Part shown: positions 25,250 through 37,100 of the stretch, in pieces
Numbering within the stretch: the stretch's first letter is position 1
Layout of the letters: each line of letters opens with the position of its first letter
Assembly: GCA_036172245.1 (NCBI GenBank)
Contig: JAYWIR010000003.1
Coordinates: forward strand, 6,448,001-6,512,000
Length of the DNA: 64,000 bases
Direction: 5' to 3'
DNA from: Raillietiella orientalis
Lineage: Eukaryota
Notes under the pieces: generated by a model
The model's database searches: none
The model's input: the letters and a program-made list of their open reading frames with translations, nothing else
Told to the model about the DNA's origin: nothing
Program-made: the position numbers and the translations under genes

Positions 25250-26400
25250 TGAGAAACTCCGACTCACACGAAATGTGGCATTCGGATGCTCAGGAAGAAG
25301 CTCCACTCGTAAACGGAGGTCATCATCTCCCGGAGCCACTTCATAAACAGGAACCCATGCGAACCTCCTGCCATCGATCGGAAGAGAGGCGGAAAGCGAG
25401 TTCCGTGGTATGTGGATCATCGGCGATTTTCTATTTCGGGAATCGATCGGGACTTCGGCGGGTCCCAAGGACGATGGGATTCTCCCTCTGCGACGGATGG
25501 CGACGAGTCTGTGTGTAGCACACGGTCGGCTTGCGGCTCGTTGCCGCACTCGAGGAAGAAGCGCCGTTGACAAGGTCTTCGGAACCATGGGGACGGCAGC
25601 CGGCCTGGGAGCGAGAGCGGATTGGCTGGCAGGTTGCCTTCCGCCATCGAGATTCCGCCATCTTCCTCGGTCCTCTTGCTTTCTCATTGAAGACGGCGTA
25701 TCTATCAATGCCGACCAAGGAACGAGGTCTTGATCCTGAAGACATTTTGCATTTATGTGTACATATATATGGATGCATTCAGAATCCAAGCGCACAACTG
25801 TGCTTCTCTCCCGGCGCAAGACCTCTCGTTCCCCTGTACCACCGTTTCCTCGAAGTGTGTTCACTCGCAGTTGCTGGCAGGACGGCCTCCAGATCCCCTG
25901 CTACCTATTCTCGCTGCATAGGCCGCTCGGGCGGCTGCCAGTTCGAGCCCTGCCGGTGGAGACGGTTACTCCATCTAACGGAGTATCTCGAAAGCAGTCG
26001 ATCTCTCGATAAATGTTTCCTTGCGACACATTCCTCGGAGTACCCGACCCGGAAATGCTTCCCGGAAGGAATGAGGAAGCGGCGGGATACAGGTAATGCA
26101 CGCCAGCGTCGTACGAGCTTGGGACTCTTCCGCCCCCCGAGACCGTGGGCGATTCCGGCTTCCGCTGCTGGTACTTGTCGTAGGTTTCCAGCCACGCCTC
26201 GGGCCTCGCTGAGATCAAGACATGAGCGCCTGGAGCTCGGGTTGAGCCATCTCGCGATGCCAACTCTGAGGAGTCTGCCGGCTGCTATGGAACCCGACCG
26301 CCGACGCAGACATGAGCGCTGGTAGCTACAATGATCGCAGCTGCACTTGAGAAGAGCATCGAAGAGACAGATACCCCGGAAAGCTCTGGTGGACCACACG
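25250..26400 (+). mobile_element. Decayed RTE-clade LINE, C-terminal half of RT
   Basis: Collinear frameshifted motifs: IIGDFLFRESIGTSAG (cf. DFIFLGSKITADG), SMPTKER..LKTF..YIYGC (cf. TLPTKVRLVKAMVFPVVMYGC), QFEPCRWRRLLHL (cf. AFELWCWRRLLRV), DRRRRHERW (cf. RRRGRQRMRW). Confidence 0.65.
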
Positions 26401-26949
26401 CACAGCCCACGGACGGTCCAGTTGTTCCTTGGATGCCATTCCCAGAATTCAGTGCCCCTTCTGGCACAAGGATCCTGGGGCTTGCATCGCTCGCTTCCCA
26501 TTTCGAAGATCCGTTCCAGGGAGCTCAAGGGCAGGTAAGAGACTGGATCCTGTTTCACCCACCGTCATTGATACGTCTGCGCGTTGAAAGGCCCTGATTT
26601 CTCGCAAAAAGCATCCGCGATCTCTCTGGTGTCAGCGCCTTGGCAACCACCCACCCTGCCTCCACAAACCCCAGCCGGCCACGTTTCCAGCAACGCATTC
26701 TTCTGCAGCATTTACGGCAGGGCTTCGATGATCCTTCGGACCCGTTCTGAGGGTTACAGCCGCTCGGCCTTCTGTCCGCTTGCCCCTTAACGGGTGAAGC
26801 TGTGGTTCGCGAAAATCTCCCGCAGTTTCTTCTCTCCCCCCCCCCCCCACTTCCCCAATTTGAGCTGCTGGACGCCTCAGGACATCAGCAAGCATCGCAT
26901 GGCTCGTACTGAAAAATGCTGAAGCGAGGTTGCCGCGTACTGGGACTCG

Positions 26950-29900
26950 GTGCTCGCAGCTCCCATTCCCCACTGGGAAGTGTGCACCATTCTTTCCCGC
27001 TCAAAAAGAGGTCAGGAGCCCCGTGTCACGTCCCGGCGTGTCACCACAAGCCGTCGCCGGACAGCAGCAGTCGTTCAAGGGCGAACAGACTCCAGCAGAT
27101 GCATCCATGCGGTGCGCAAGGAGGCGTGCGCACAGTCGAGCATGCGTGAGCACCTGACTCTACGGGCCACGTCCTGGGTTCTTGACGCCTTCGGGGGCTC
27201 CGGTTTCCGCGCTCCCAAGCCCGGGGCGTTCGGCATGCCAGCAGCAGCACCCTCCGGATACGCGAAGTCTCTGCCGGGAAGTCCCAGAGGTGGCGGCGGG
27301 CAGGAGGGCACGTGCGTTCGGGGGGCCCAAGCATGCCAATGCCCCTCGTCGTGGAGCCCCCTCTGGCGGAAGCGCATCCTGGAGGAGGGGAAGGGGCAAG
27401 GCGCCGTGCTCTTCGTTTCCTTTCTTCCCCTCCCCTCCCTTCTTCTTCCCGATTCGAACTTTACGGTGCTCGTTCGAGTCCGTTCGTTCCTAGAAGGAAT
27501 CCTCCCAGTGAGGGAGGGAGGGTCGGAGGTGAGGCAGAACGCGAGGACCGTGTCTGCCGCTGCTTCCTTCCCGTCGACCGCACGCTCCGCAGTCACACGC
27601 AGCCGTCCGGTTGCCTTCGGAGCACGCATAAGCAGGCCGCCGTCGACCGCTGGAGCGAAGGGCACGAATCAGCGCGTGGTCTTTGCTTCTCGTGAGCGAA
27701 GGAGCACTCCGTTTCGCTCTGCATCTTCCGCCGCCGCCCCACCCACGCGGTTTCAGGTCCGGTCCTCGCCTCCCTCCTGCATCTCCCCCCCCCCCCCAGA
27801 GAGTTTGCGGTCGGGGGTCCAAGGATGCTCACCACCCAAACCGATGAGGGTGTCCTCCTCTTCCGCTCTTTCTCCTCCGCGTGCCGAAGCTCTGAAGGAC
27901 GAGAGGAAGTGGCTGACCCTCCCCGAAAAGCGATCCCTACGCACCTGCAACCTGTTGCCGTATTCGTCTTTTTTCCCCACTTCGCCGTGGGCGTGGTTGC
28001 TCCCTCCCTGGGGAATACTCTCTGCCTCGGGATGCCGCCCCTCGCCAGTCCTGAGCAGCTGGCGCGACCGGAATTCTCCCGTCTCTGGCCTTCACGCGGG
28101 TAATTCCGACCACGCCATCTCCCGACGAGTCACCCCCCATCTCTCTGTGCGGGTGGTGGGGGCGCCCACCCCCAGAGCGGATCCGGTTCATCATCTCTCT
28201 TTTCTTTCCTACCGATGTAGCGGCAGACCGTTTTCTCCCCTCCCCCCCCCCCCGACTTCCCTCCCCTTGTCCCCAAGCGGTGCACGGAACCTCGGGACGC
28301 AGCGGGAGGCGTCCTCTCGGGCTGCCTGGAAGCTCGCATCCGACACCGTCTGGGGCGCCGTCGTGAGCCCGGCCTCAGAGACAGCTGACAGCTGAGAATC
28401 CGGCGGGCCCAGGCTTGACTAGGGCAGAACAGGGGGAGACGACATGGGGCGAAGGAAAAGAAGAGACAGAAGAAATCGGGAACCCGGAACGACTCGCGCA
28501 GACTGGCGGCTTCCCGCGGCACTGCCTTTCATCTCCCGAAGAATCTTTGGCGGCAGCGTTCTCTCCGCCAGTCCTTCCAGAGGCTCCCTCTTTTCTTGCC
28601 CCGATGGAGGTCAGCGCGGCCTCCCGACTGGACGAAAGCCCCTCGCGGCGTCTCGAGCGCGTCTCGTGGACTGGAAGCTGCAGGACTGCCTCCGAGAGCT
28701 GGGTCGGCAGTTCAGGTCGTTCCAGAGGATCAACATCGGGCAAGATCTCCGGGGGCGGTATGCACAAAAAAGGGGGGGAGGGGCTTCCGCCCCTTCCTCG
28801 ACTGCCCCACTCTCCTCCTAGAAGGCGAGGCGCGAGGGTGTTGGCTGCAGCCGACGGCGCGAATTTCGAAACAAGAGGAAGGAGGAGAGTCAGGGGGGAG
28901 GGAAGGGAAGAAGGACACACACTTCGCCACTTGGGGAGCAGCAGCGGATGCCAAAAGGGGCGGGTCTCACCCGAAGGCTCCGCGCGTGGGAGGGGGGCAA
29001 CGCTGAAGGAAGAAGGGAACCTCGTCGGTTCTTCGCCCTGCGAACGTCCTCTTTTCGATAGCGCTCGCGTCTCCTCTCCCTCCTCGGCGTGAGCACACGT
29101 GGACGACGGGGGCACACAAGGGTTGCGCACCTCGAGAGGGAAGCGCCGCCCAGTCTGGAGACGCCTTGGGTCCTCCTTCTTCGGTGTCCAGTCGCACCTA
29201 GGCTACTCCCGCCGCACGCGCAAACTCCAAGGACCGGGGGGGAGTCCGATGCGAGGTTGCCGCTGCGTCTCCACGGCGCGCAGGCTCGTCCGCTTATTCA
29301 GGCGGGCACCTTAGCCGCTTCCAGGAGCGTCCGACCGGCTGTCAGCCGTATCAGATTGGCGCAAGAAGAGGTAAGGAGTAAAGGGGGAGAAGGGGTTGCT
29401 CTCTCTCCACGCTGCTCGCGATCCTTCCCGAGCTCCGGAATTCGGCTGACTCCTGCTCGCCCCTCACTTGTCCCCTCGTTTGCATCCGCAGCTGGGGCAG
29501 GACACACATGACAAAACAGTCCATCAGGTGCCTCCGTGACTGCTGCTCAGATGGCCCCCCCAGCTGACTCAGGGGACGGGGGCTAGGGAGAAGCGTGCGC
29601 CTCCTCCTTCCCTTTCCCCTCAGATAGTCCCCCCTGGCTCGCGGCTTGCCCCGAGGCGAGTACGATGCAGGGCGTCTTCTCTTGCTCCGACGGAGGAGCA
29701 CCGGGCGCTTCCCAGAGTCGGCGCCGCCCGGAGATCTCCACGCCGCGGATGGTCTGGTGGAACCACCGCGAGGCTCCGGAACCCTCCGCAATGGAGGGAG
29801 GAGACAAGGATAAGGGATGGAAGGGAGAGGGGGAGCGAACAAAAAGAGGAGGCACCACTACCGGAATGAGGGTTGGGTCCACGCGGGCCGTAAATTCCGG

Positions 29901-30300
29901 CGTTTCTGCCCTCTCACCTTTTCGTGCTCGGTTGATGGGACTGCAGCTTGGCAGCCTCCCCGGATGCGCGCATTTTTAGAACGCGGGGCGTGCGCGCTCT
30001 ACGGGAGGACGTACGCAGGAAATCCAAGACGATCCTTCGCTCTCTTTTCGCGAGAGCCGACGGGGGAGGGGAGGAAGACGCTGCACTGCTTTCTGCGTCA
30101 GAGGGAACGCGCGCGCGGGATGCACCGAGTCGATCCTCTGCTGCTTCCGGGACTGTTCGGCGAGCCTGCTGTTCCCTTGAGTGACGGCACGTGCTCGGGA
30201 CCTTGCCGGCAAAGCGGGGAAGAGCAGAAGCGGGGGGCGAGCGAGAGTGGGGAGGTGCTTGCCCTGCGTTGAACTCCGCTTCCCCGAGGACCGCGGAGGC
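26950..30300 (-). mobile_element. Decayed L1/Tx1-like ORF2 (copy 4)
   Basis: Ordered remnants: GKGRRRRTLLPSPRPLSQL (~29580), LLEAAKVPA*IS (LDAEKAFDRIS, ~29310), KRGRSQGEEPTRFPSSFSVAPL (RGVRQG...EPL, ~29030), VSKFA (~28865), GKE-x10-LT..PS (same spacing as copy 2, ~27540), and MLDCAHASLRTAW (~27120). Confidence 0.65.
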
Positions 30301-31303
30301 CTCTGCGAGTTTCACCCTCCCCCTTTCTCATCCTCCTGGTCGTCGCCATCCCGAGAGAACTTCGCAAGCGGCAGCAGAAGCGGGTTCTTCCTTTTGGCCT
30401 TCGGGACGGAGAGCCTTTGGCCGGCAGTCCAACCTCCTCTTCCCCCCCCCCCCCTTCGTTTTTTTGCGTGAGTTTCGGAGTGGCGGCGGAGGCGTTTTTC
30501 GTGAGATGAGGGAAGAGAAGGAAGGGGGGAGGGAAGCTGCTGCGCCAGCAAGAGGCACGTGCGTGCGCGAGCGAGGAACCTGCCCTTCGAGAGCGACTTC
30601 CGGCAAGAGTGGCAGCGGCTCCGTAGCGCCGCAGTTCTCGCTCACGAATCCCCTGCCCCTCCCCGGGCGCCGGATGACGCCGGCGACGCCGACAAGTGAA
30701 GACAGAGAGGTCTCCGCCGCCGCCAGGGAGACGCCGCTGCCTCCACACGCGCGACGAACCTCTGTGGGAGCAGGGATTATTCCTCCTTTCCCTTTTTTTT
30801 CCTTTTTTTGTTAAAAAAAAAAAAAAACTTCTTGCCCACCCACCCGCTCGCGCGGAGGACTCTCGGGGAGGGGAGCATCCCGTGGGCAGTCGACGGTCGC
30901 GATGGCGAAGGGTTCGAGGGGGTAGAGAACCATCCGCCCCACTCCGTGTCCACCTCGAAGCAGCTTCCTGTCCCTCTCTCGCTGGTGGGTCTCACCGGGC
31001 AGCCGCGGGAAGCGCACCCGTCACAGGGCACCTCCTCCATCCCTCGTCGTAGGTACGGAGACATGTAGGGGTGGGGTGGGGGGAAGACGAGTTCTTTTCA
31101 GGTTCCTCAAGCACACGCACTCCAGTCGCGACGTCCCTGCCCCAGTCCCTTGCAAAGTCGCACATTCAACTACTATTTCGGAAGTGGACGCGAGGCTTAG
31201 AGAGATTGCCTTTGTCCACAGGATGGTCAACTTCCTTCCCGAGAGAGAGCGGAAGATGGATCTGGCTTCGTATTTGTCTTTCGGTCCTCCCGTAATGGAG
31301 AGT

Positions 31304-31454
31304 AGTGGGTCGAACCCGGAGGTACTGCAATACCGGGCCGACCCGCGACAGGAGGGGAGCAAGCTCCAAGCATCCCGTCCGCTTCCAACATGTGGTTTAA
31401 TGTACTGCCCACCGGATAGGTGGCCTATCAGATGGTAAGCTGATGGAAACAGAT
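31304..31454 (-). pseudogene. U2: U2 snRNA, 5'-truncated at about nt 38, Sm site mutated
   Basis: The reverse complement ATCTGTTTCCATCAGCTTACCATCTGATAG...GGAGCTTGCTCC...TGTCGCGGGTCGGCCCGGTATTGCAGTACCTCCGGGTTCGACCCACT matches U2 stems IIa, III and IV (insect type). Stem I and the GTAGT part of the branch-recognition sequence are absent, and the Sm site ATTTTTGG reads ACATGTTGG. Confidence 0.93.
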
Positions 31455-34100
31455 TTTCATTCAATATTTTCCGTTTTTCGATTTATTAATTAATCAATTC
31501 ATTTATTAAGCACTTTTCCTCATCTTCCTGCTCTTCCTTCTGGGGAATGATCAGTTTATGTCATTTTTTATGAGGTCCCTGCTGCAGTCGACAATCCGTG
31601 GTCGGGAAGACGGAATGCGCGAAGCCCTCATGAGGGCACTGGCGGGTGGGAAGGCACTACGGCACTTTCCGAACGGGAGCGCGCGTGGAGCAGGGGGGAA
31701 GGGGAGGGGAGGAGGGAAGAGGGGAATCCGACCGCTTGCTCCTCGACTCATTTCTGGTTGAATTCCGGCGAGATGCGGAAGACCGCCTGGTCAGAAAATA
31801 GTCCTGCGCCAGGGTTATCCCAGTCGGATGTGGACTTCGGGAAGGGCAGCGAGGCAATCAGAAAGAGATCTCTAGAGGATCGCTAAACTGTGGAATCGAA
31901 GCTCTTCAAAGAGGATGCATGGACGAGGAGGGTTTACTCCTGGAGGAGCAAAAGTCCGGCATGAGGAGAACTCCGGAGGAGGCCCCGACCCAAAGATCCG
32001 ACCTTCCGCTACTCCCTTCTCCTCCTTGTGCCAAGTCGCGGCAGCCTCGGAGGGACAAGAGGTGAGGAGGAGGCGAAGAAGGAACGAGCCGGAGCCTCGA
32101 GGTTTCGCCCGCAGGGGGAGCGTCGAAGACCGGAAGGGCAAACGAGGCCAACTTTCCTCCGTGGAAGGGACGGGAAGCGGAGGAGAGGAGTGAAGAGAAG
32201 GAAGGGGAGGATTTCGCAAGGATCTTCGAGAGCCGCACGAGGTTGCGCGCGTCGGGGGCAATCTGCCAGCGGAAGGTCGCGGGAGAGAGAGAGAAGGATG
32301 TTGCAGCATCTGGACCGTCTCAAGACTGCCAGAGAGCCTGGACGAGTCTGAAGCAGGAAGAGGGATACAGAAGGCTCGAAGAAAGGACCACATCACTGCA
32401 TTAGTGAGTTCGGCAGCTCCGGCCGAAGAGGAAACAGAAGCGCACCCTCCAGCCCTTCGAGTGGCGCACCTTAGGATGCGCTGGAAATTCAGGAAAGGCT
32501 GCGACTGAAAGCAGTTGCCCCCCCCCCCCCACACACACACACACCTCTCTCTCTCTCTCTCACCCTGAATCCCGGGTTCTGCCGCTGCCAGCCAAAAATA
32601 CAAGAGGAGGGGGGGGGGGGCTTGCGATCAGCTGAAGCAGAGCTGCGCAGGGTCGCCTTTCTGTTCGGAGCGAGCGATGAGGAGCGGAGAGTAGGGAACG
32701 GGGAGAATCGGGAGTGCGACTCAACGGGACCGCAAAATCCAAGAGAGCGAGGGACGCATCATTCGCTCCCCTCTTCCCCCCTCCCCACTCCCGGGCTTCG
32801 CGCGGCGCGTGCACAGGACAAGGGGAAGCGCGTGGGGGCGAGCGTCGTGGGCTTGACGCGGCCTCTCCGCGGGGCAGGCAGAGCGCAGAGGGGAGATTCC
32901 AGTGGAAGAATCCTTTTCGGTCCGTGACCGACCTCCTCTACGAGACGCACAGTGGACCTGCACTCCGGGGGGGGAAGGGAAGGATCAGGGAGGTCATGGG
33001 ACGGGAAGGAACTCAGGATTGTAGGGGGGGGGGGGGAGGGTGACATCGCGTCGGAGGAGCAGACCGTCCGTTGTTGTTGCTACCGCCCTGTTCGTCGAAG
33101 AAGCTGGGTCACGTCTGCTGCTGCTCAGAGCGGACCAACTGGGGAACGTCGATCGAAGAATTCATCCCCTGCGGCACTAAGTTGCCTGACGGCAAGGGGT
33201 ATGGAACCGACGTGAGATTTCGTTTGCAATCTGCTTCCGGCTCTCAGTGCACAATGGCAGCAGCGACGACCGGAATGACCGTCGGCTGGGCCGCCGGATC
33301 CGAAGTGCTTAAAGCCAGTAAGGCTAAGAGGAGAAATCCCTGTTGTCCTCCTTTTACGATGATTCTCCTCCCAGTCGCCCCCAACAGCTAGGGGACTTCA
33401 GGCGTCGTGGCCCTGGGCAGCAAAAAAGAGGAGAGTTCCTGAGGATGTTCTGAGCCGGAAATAAGTTCCTTGCTTGTCGGACGCAGTGACCAATGCGGAT
33501 GAGAACGTACTTTCACCACGTTCGCGTCCTCTCTGTGGCCAATGAAGGATCCGCGTGCCAGAAATAGTGGATGGGAAATGGCGAGGGTCGAAAGGGAGAA
33601 GGCGTGTACACGTGAGAGAGAGATGGCGAGGAGGAAGGGCGGGTAGTAGGAGGATGCCGAGTCATCGGAGCGTGCGAGTAGATGGGAGGAACGACCGAGA
33701 AGATTGGAAAATGATCCGACCTTCAACTTTGTGGAGATTCTGTCCCGGGAGGTTTCGTAACTTCCCTGCCTTCCGCTACGATCAGGAAAGCGAACGAGGG
33801 GATCTTCGTTCAGGGAACGTCTTCGTGGCGAGCTCTTCAACCACAGCTCAATCGCGAGTCCGGGAGTCGGGAAGCGCAGGGGGCGTCGGGGAGTTGGAAT
33901 TCGACCTGCACGGCCGCTCTCGCACCGGCACGGGGGGGAGGGAGAGAGAGCGTTCCCGCCGACGCTTAAAGAACGAAAGCACGGGTCCACAGCTGGAACT
34001 GCGCTTTCAGCGTGGCACGCATCCCCTCTGCCACCCCACTGGCGGTCAGGCCACATCCCACATCGTCGAGCATGCCGGCGTAGAGCCGAAGCACGGTCGC
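31455..34100 (-). mobile_element. Decayed R2-group (NeSL/Utopia-like) non-LTR retrotransposon abutting the U2 fragment
   Basis: One - strand frame, read through a single stop at 33388, gives LWLKSS...STKLK...DANVVKVRSHPH...LLPRATT...TGRRIIVKGGQQGFLLLALLALSTSDP (cf. DLSNAFGSIPH; LY..ATT; GVKQGCPLSPLLFN...DP, with the same QG-x12-DP spacing). The C-terminus LMR...IVDCSRDL (~31560-31635) recalls Utopia LMR...IRWSRDI. An AT-rich tail with two AATAAA (~31482, ~31502) runs directly into U2. Confidence 0.6.
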
Positions 34101-37100
34101 AACGGCGACGAACCCTACGCGGGCAGCGCCAGCGTTTCGTTCGGCCTACTGGCCCTTTCGCCCCCCACCCCTTCTTGGTTGTTCTTTGGAGTTCTCCAGC
34201 ACGCTAATCGAGGCCCGGAAAATCAATCTCCTCATAGATTCGTTGCTGTTGCCTACTGGTCCTTCCCGGGTCGTCTCGAAGTTTCGTTTACCGCGGTGAC
34301 GCTGGCCACGGCAGGCAGTAGCCGTTGCTGGCGGTGGGCGGCGGCTCTCGCACGGGAGCTGCTCCTCCCGGTGGCACCTCCTCTTTTCGGGGCATTTCAC
34401 GAAAACAGCTTCGTGAAATGCTTCGGCGTCATATTCAGTCTCATCGCACACAGTCGTCATGCGCTGCGCTGATAGGAAGAGCAAACACGCGGCCTTGTGC
34501 AAATAATTTCACCTCTGTGGTCGGTGGTGAGTCAGAGGGAAAGCGCCCTACAAAAAGTGCGGATTAAGTCGAGTTCAAGAAGAAGAAGGAAACAGAAAAC
34601 GAAAACAAGTAAGAGTAAGCTCTCCCTCCTCCAAGAATCGTATGGAACGGGGAGAGAGGGAGGGAGGGAGAGGGAGAACACCAGCAAGCAAAAGGATCCA
34701 TCTTTGGCGAAAAAGATTGCGATTTAAAATTCGAAGAACAGGAGGGGAAGGATACTTTATCTCCTCTTCCGCAGCATTCACACAGCCGCCGCCGCCATCG
34801 CAACCAGAATGGAACGGCATCTGTGCGTATGCATGCATTCCTTTCCATTGCTTCTGGAGCCATCCCCTTCGCCAGTCAGCACCTCGCGCCGAATTGCAGC
34901 CATCAACTTCGCACTTCCGCCCTCCCCCCCGCTTTCCCTCCCCGTCCTCGACATTCATTCAGATACAAAGTCATTGCCTGGAAGGAAACCCTCGCGGTTT
35001 GGGAGTGAGAGGCGAACCGCTCACCTCGCGACGATCCGCGTGGATTCCCAGAACAACGGTCATCCCAGGAACGACGAGGCCCCGCGGGCCGAAACTCCAG
35101 TAGGCACCCGCCCGCGGCGCTTCGGCCGTCGGCCGGCGCAAACCAAGGAGGAGCAGGAAACTTCCCTCGAGGCGCGGGGGCGAGCGAGGTGAGAGCCCCC
35201 TCCGATCCCCTCCAGGGCCCCCGCGTGTCCCCAGGCAGCGGCGGTCTCGGAAGCCGGGAAGGAAGCACGCGTGCCCATTCATCACGCACGGGAGTCGCCC
35301 GGAACGAAACAGTGTCAGAATCACGTGGAAACGGCGCTCACGTTCGGTAATCAGAGGAGCTCTGGCGAGCATCTCTCAGCAGGCAGTTTGTCATCAGACT
35401 GCAGAGAACGCAACGGGCTCCCGGCATTCGGAAGGCACTTTGGGGAAAACCTTTTCTTCTTCTTCTTCTTCTTCCTCTTTCTCCTTTTTTTTTTTTTCTT
35501 TCTTTTTAACGATTTTCTGTTTGCGTGGGTTACGACCGTGATGAACTTTCGATCACTTTTATCGGGAAGCGGTGGATAATAATTATCCTCTTTCTCTCTC
35601 TCGACGCAGCTCGAGCTCCGATGAAGGGACCGTGGGATGCGCCTGGAAACGGTCGGCTCAGATAAGGGTACGGCTCCGCAAAGCGTGCTCCGAAGGATCA
35701 TGTGACCACCGGCAAGATAACGGAAAGACGGTCATGCGAAATCAACAGTTATCACGGCCATTTGCTGAAAAGCACACTTTCGTTTTATAGTGCGCGGCGG
35801 GTCCGTTTTTCCGCAAATGCAGCCGTCGAGAGAATTCCTGCGCTCCCAACCCGAGAGACCTTGGAGGGCGGCGAGCCGCAATCTCTTTTTCCGTCCAACC
35901 TCGGGCGGACATCGGCGAAAGCGCTCGCTCGCTCGGGAGCCCATCCCGCGCGGCAGCCGCTCAGCGGGGGCGGAGGAGGATGAAGAAGAAGAAGAAGAAG
36001 AAGAAGAAAACACACACACACACAGACACAGAAAAAGGAAGACCGAAGAGCCGTCTTTCGCTGCTGAAGATACGGCGTGTCTTTCTCTGGTGGAGGGGCG
36101 CGCGGAGGAAGCTGGCCTGGCGGCCGGGGCGGAGCGCGAAAAAGGCCCGGTCGGCAGCTGCAGCAGCAGCCCGAGCAGCTTTCGGTCCTTCCGCCGCCCG
36201 AGGGCGACCCCCCGAGTTCCTCGGACACCGCCCCGGCCGCCATCCTCCGGTGGTCTCCTCCGAGCAGCGCGCTCGGCTCCTGCAGGCAGCGCCCACGGGG
36301 GCGCGCGCGCGTGCACGCCGCAACTGTTTCGTCACGCGCGTAACAATGCAACCGTATCGATCGCCGTTGCCAGGCCGGCCCCGTGCCCGTGGCCGCCGCT
36401 CTTGTGTGTAGGCGACCTTTGTTTTTTCCCGAACGAGGATGGTGTTCGGATGTGTGTCCGTGTCGTTCTTTTTGTTGTGTTTTGTTGTTGCTGTTGCATT
36501 TTCCTTTTTGGGGAAGGGTGGTGTTAAAAGTTATCAGTAGTGTTTTCAGTGCACTTCACTTCCCTCTTCTCCCCCTCCTCCCCCTTTTTCTCTGTTTCTT
36601 CCAAACGTGCAGCTCCTGTTCGTCAAAGTTCCTTTGTGTTGCTCCTCCACTGGTGGTGTAAACACATCAGTGTAGCTCGTGTGTACTCTCCAGCGACTTG
36701 CTTTGCTGGAATGATGTCAATAACAGTGCGGGGGGAAACCGACCCAAAAGTGAAAAGCAGAAAGCGTCACGCCTTGCTCTGAAAAGTTTCCTTAGCAACT
36801 TATCTGCAAGGTGCAAATAAATCTTCCTTGGAAAATGGGTCAGTACTCGGGTTGCACAAGCGATCCTCGCACTGCGATTGCGGATCCGTTCTTGAGAAAC
36901 CCACTGATAGATGGCTGTCGATCGGACTTCGGGGGAGGATGCTCCCCGGGAGACGCGCAGCTTCCTTTCCGCTGGTGCGGGACAAAGCGTGGACGGAGGC
37001 TGCAGAAGGTCGCTCAAGGAGAGCAAGAAAATGGGGAGCGCACTCCGAGAAACGGGTAGATGAGACCGGATCAATTGGAGGCTGCGGTTCGCATGCCGTT

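Noticed and set aside
25410..25440. GDSL/SGNH esterase-like WIIGDF
   Set aside because: No catalytic Ser, and it is better explained as the RTE DFIFLGS motif given the collinear downstream motifs.
26950..28395. 481-aa + strand ORF
   Set aside because: It is the antisense shadow of decayed LINE copy 4 and has low-complexity composition.
34692..34723. Possible U2 5' half (ATCGC...TTTT...AAGAT on -)
   Set aside because: The match is too weak and GTGTAGT is absent.
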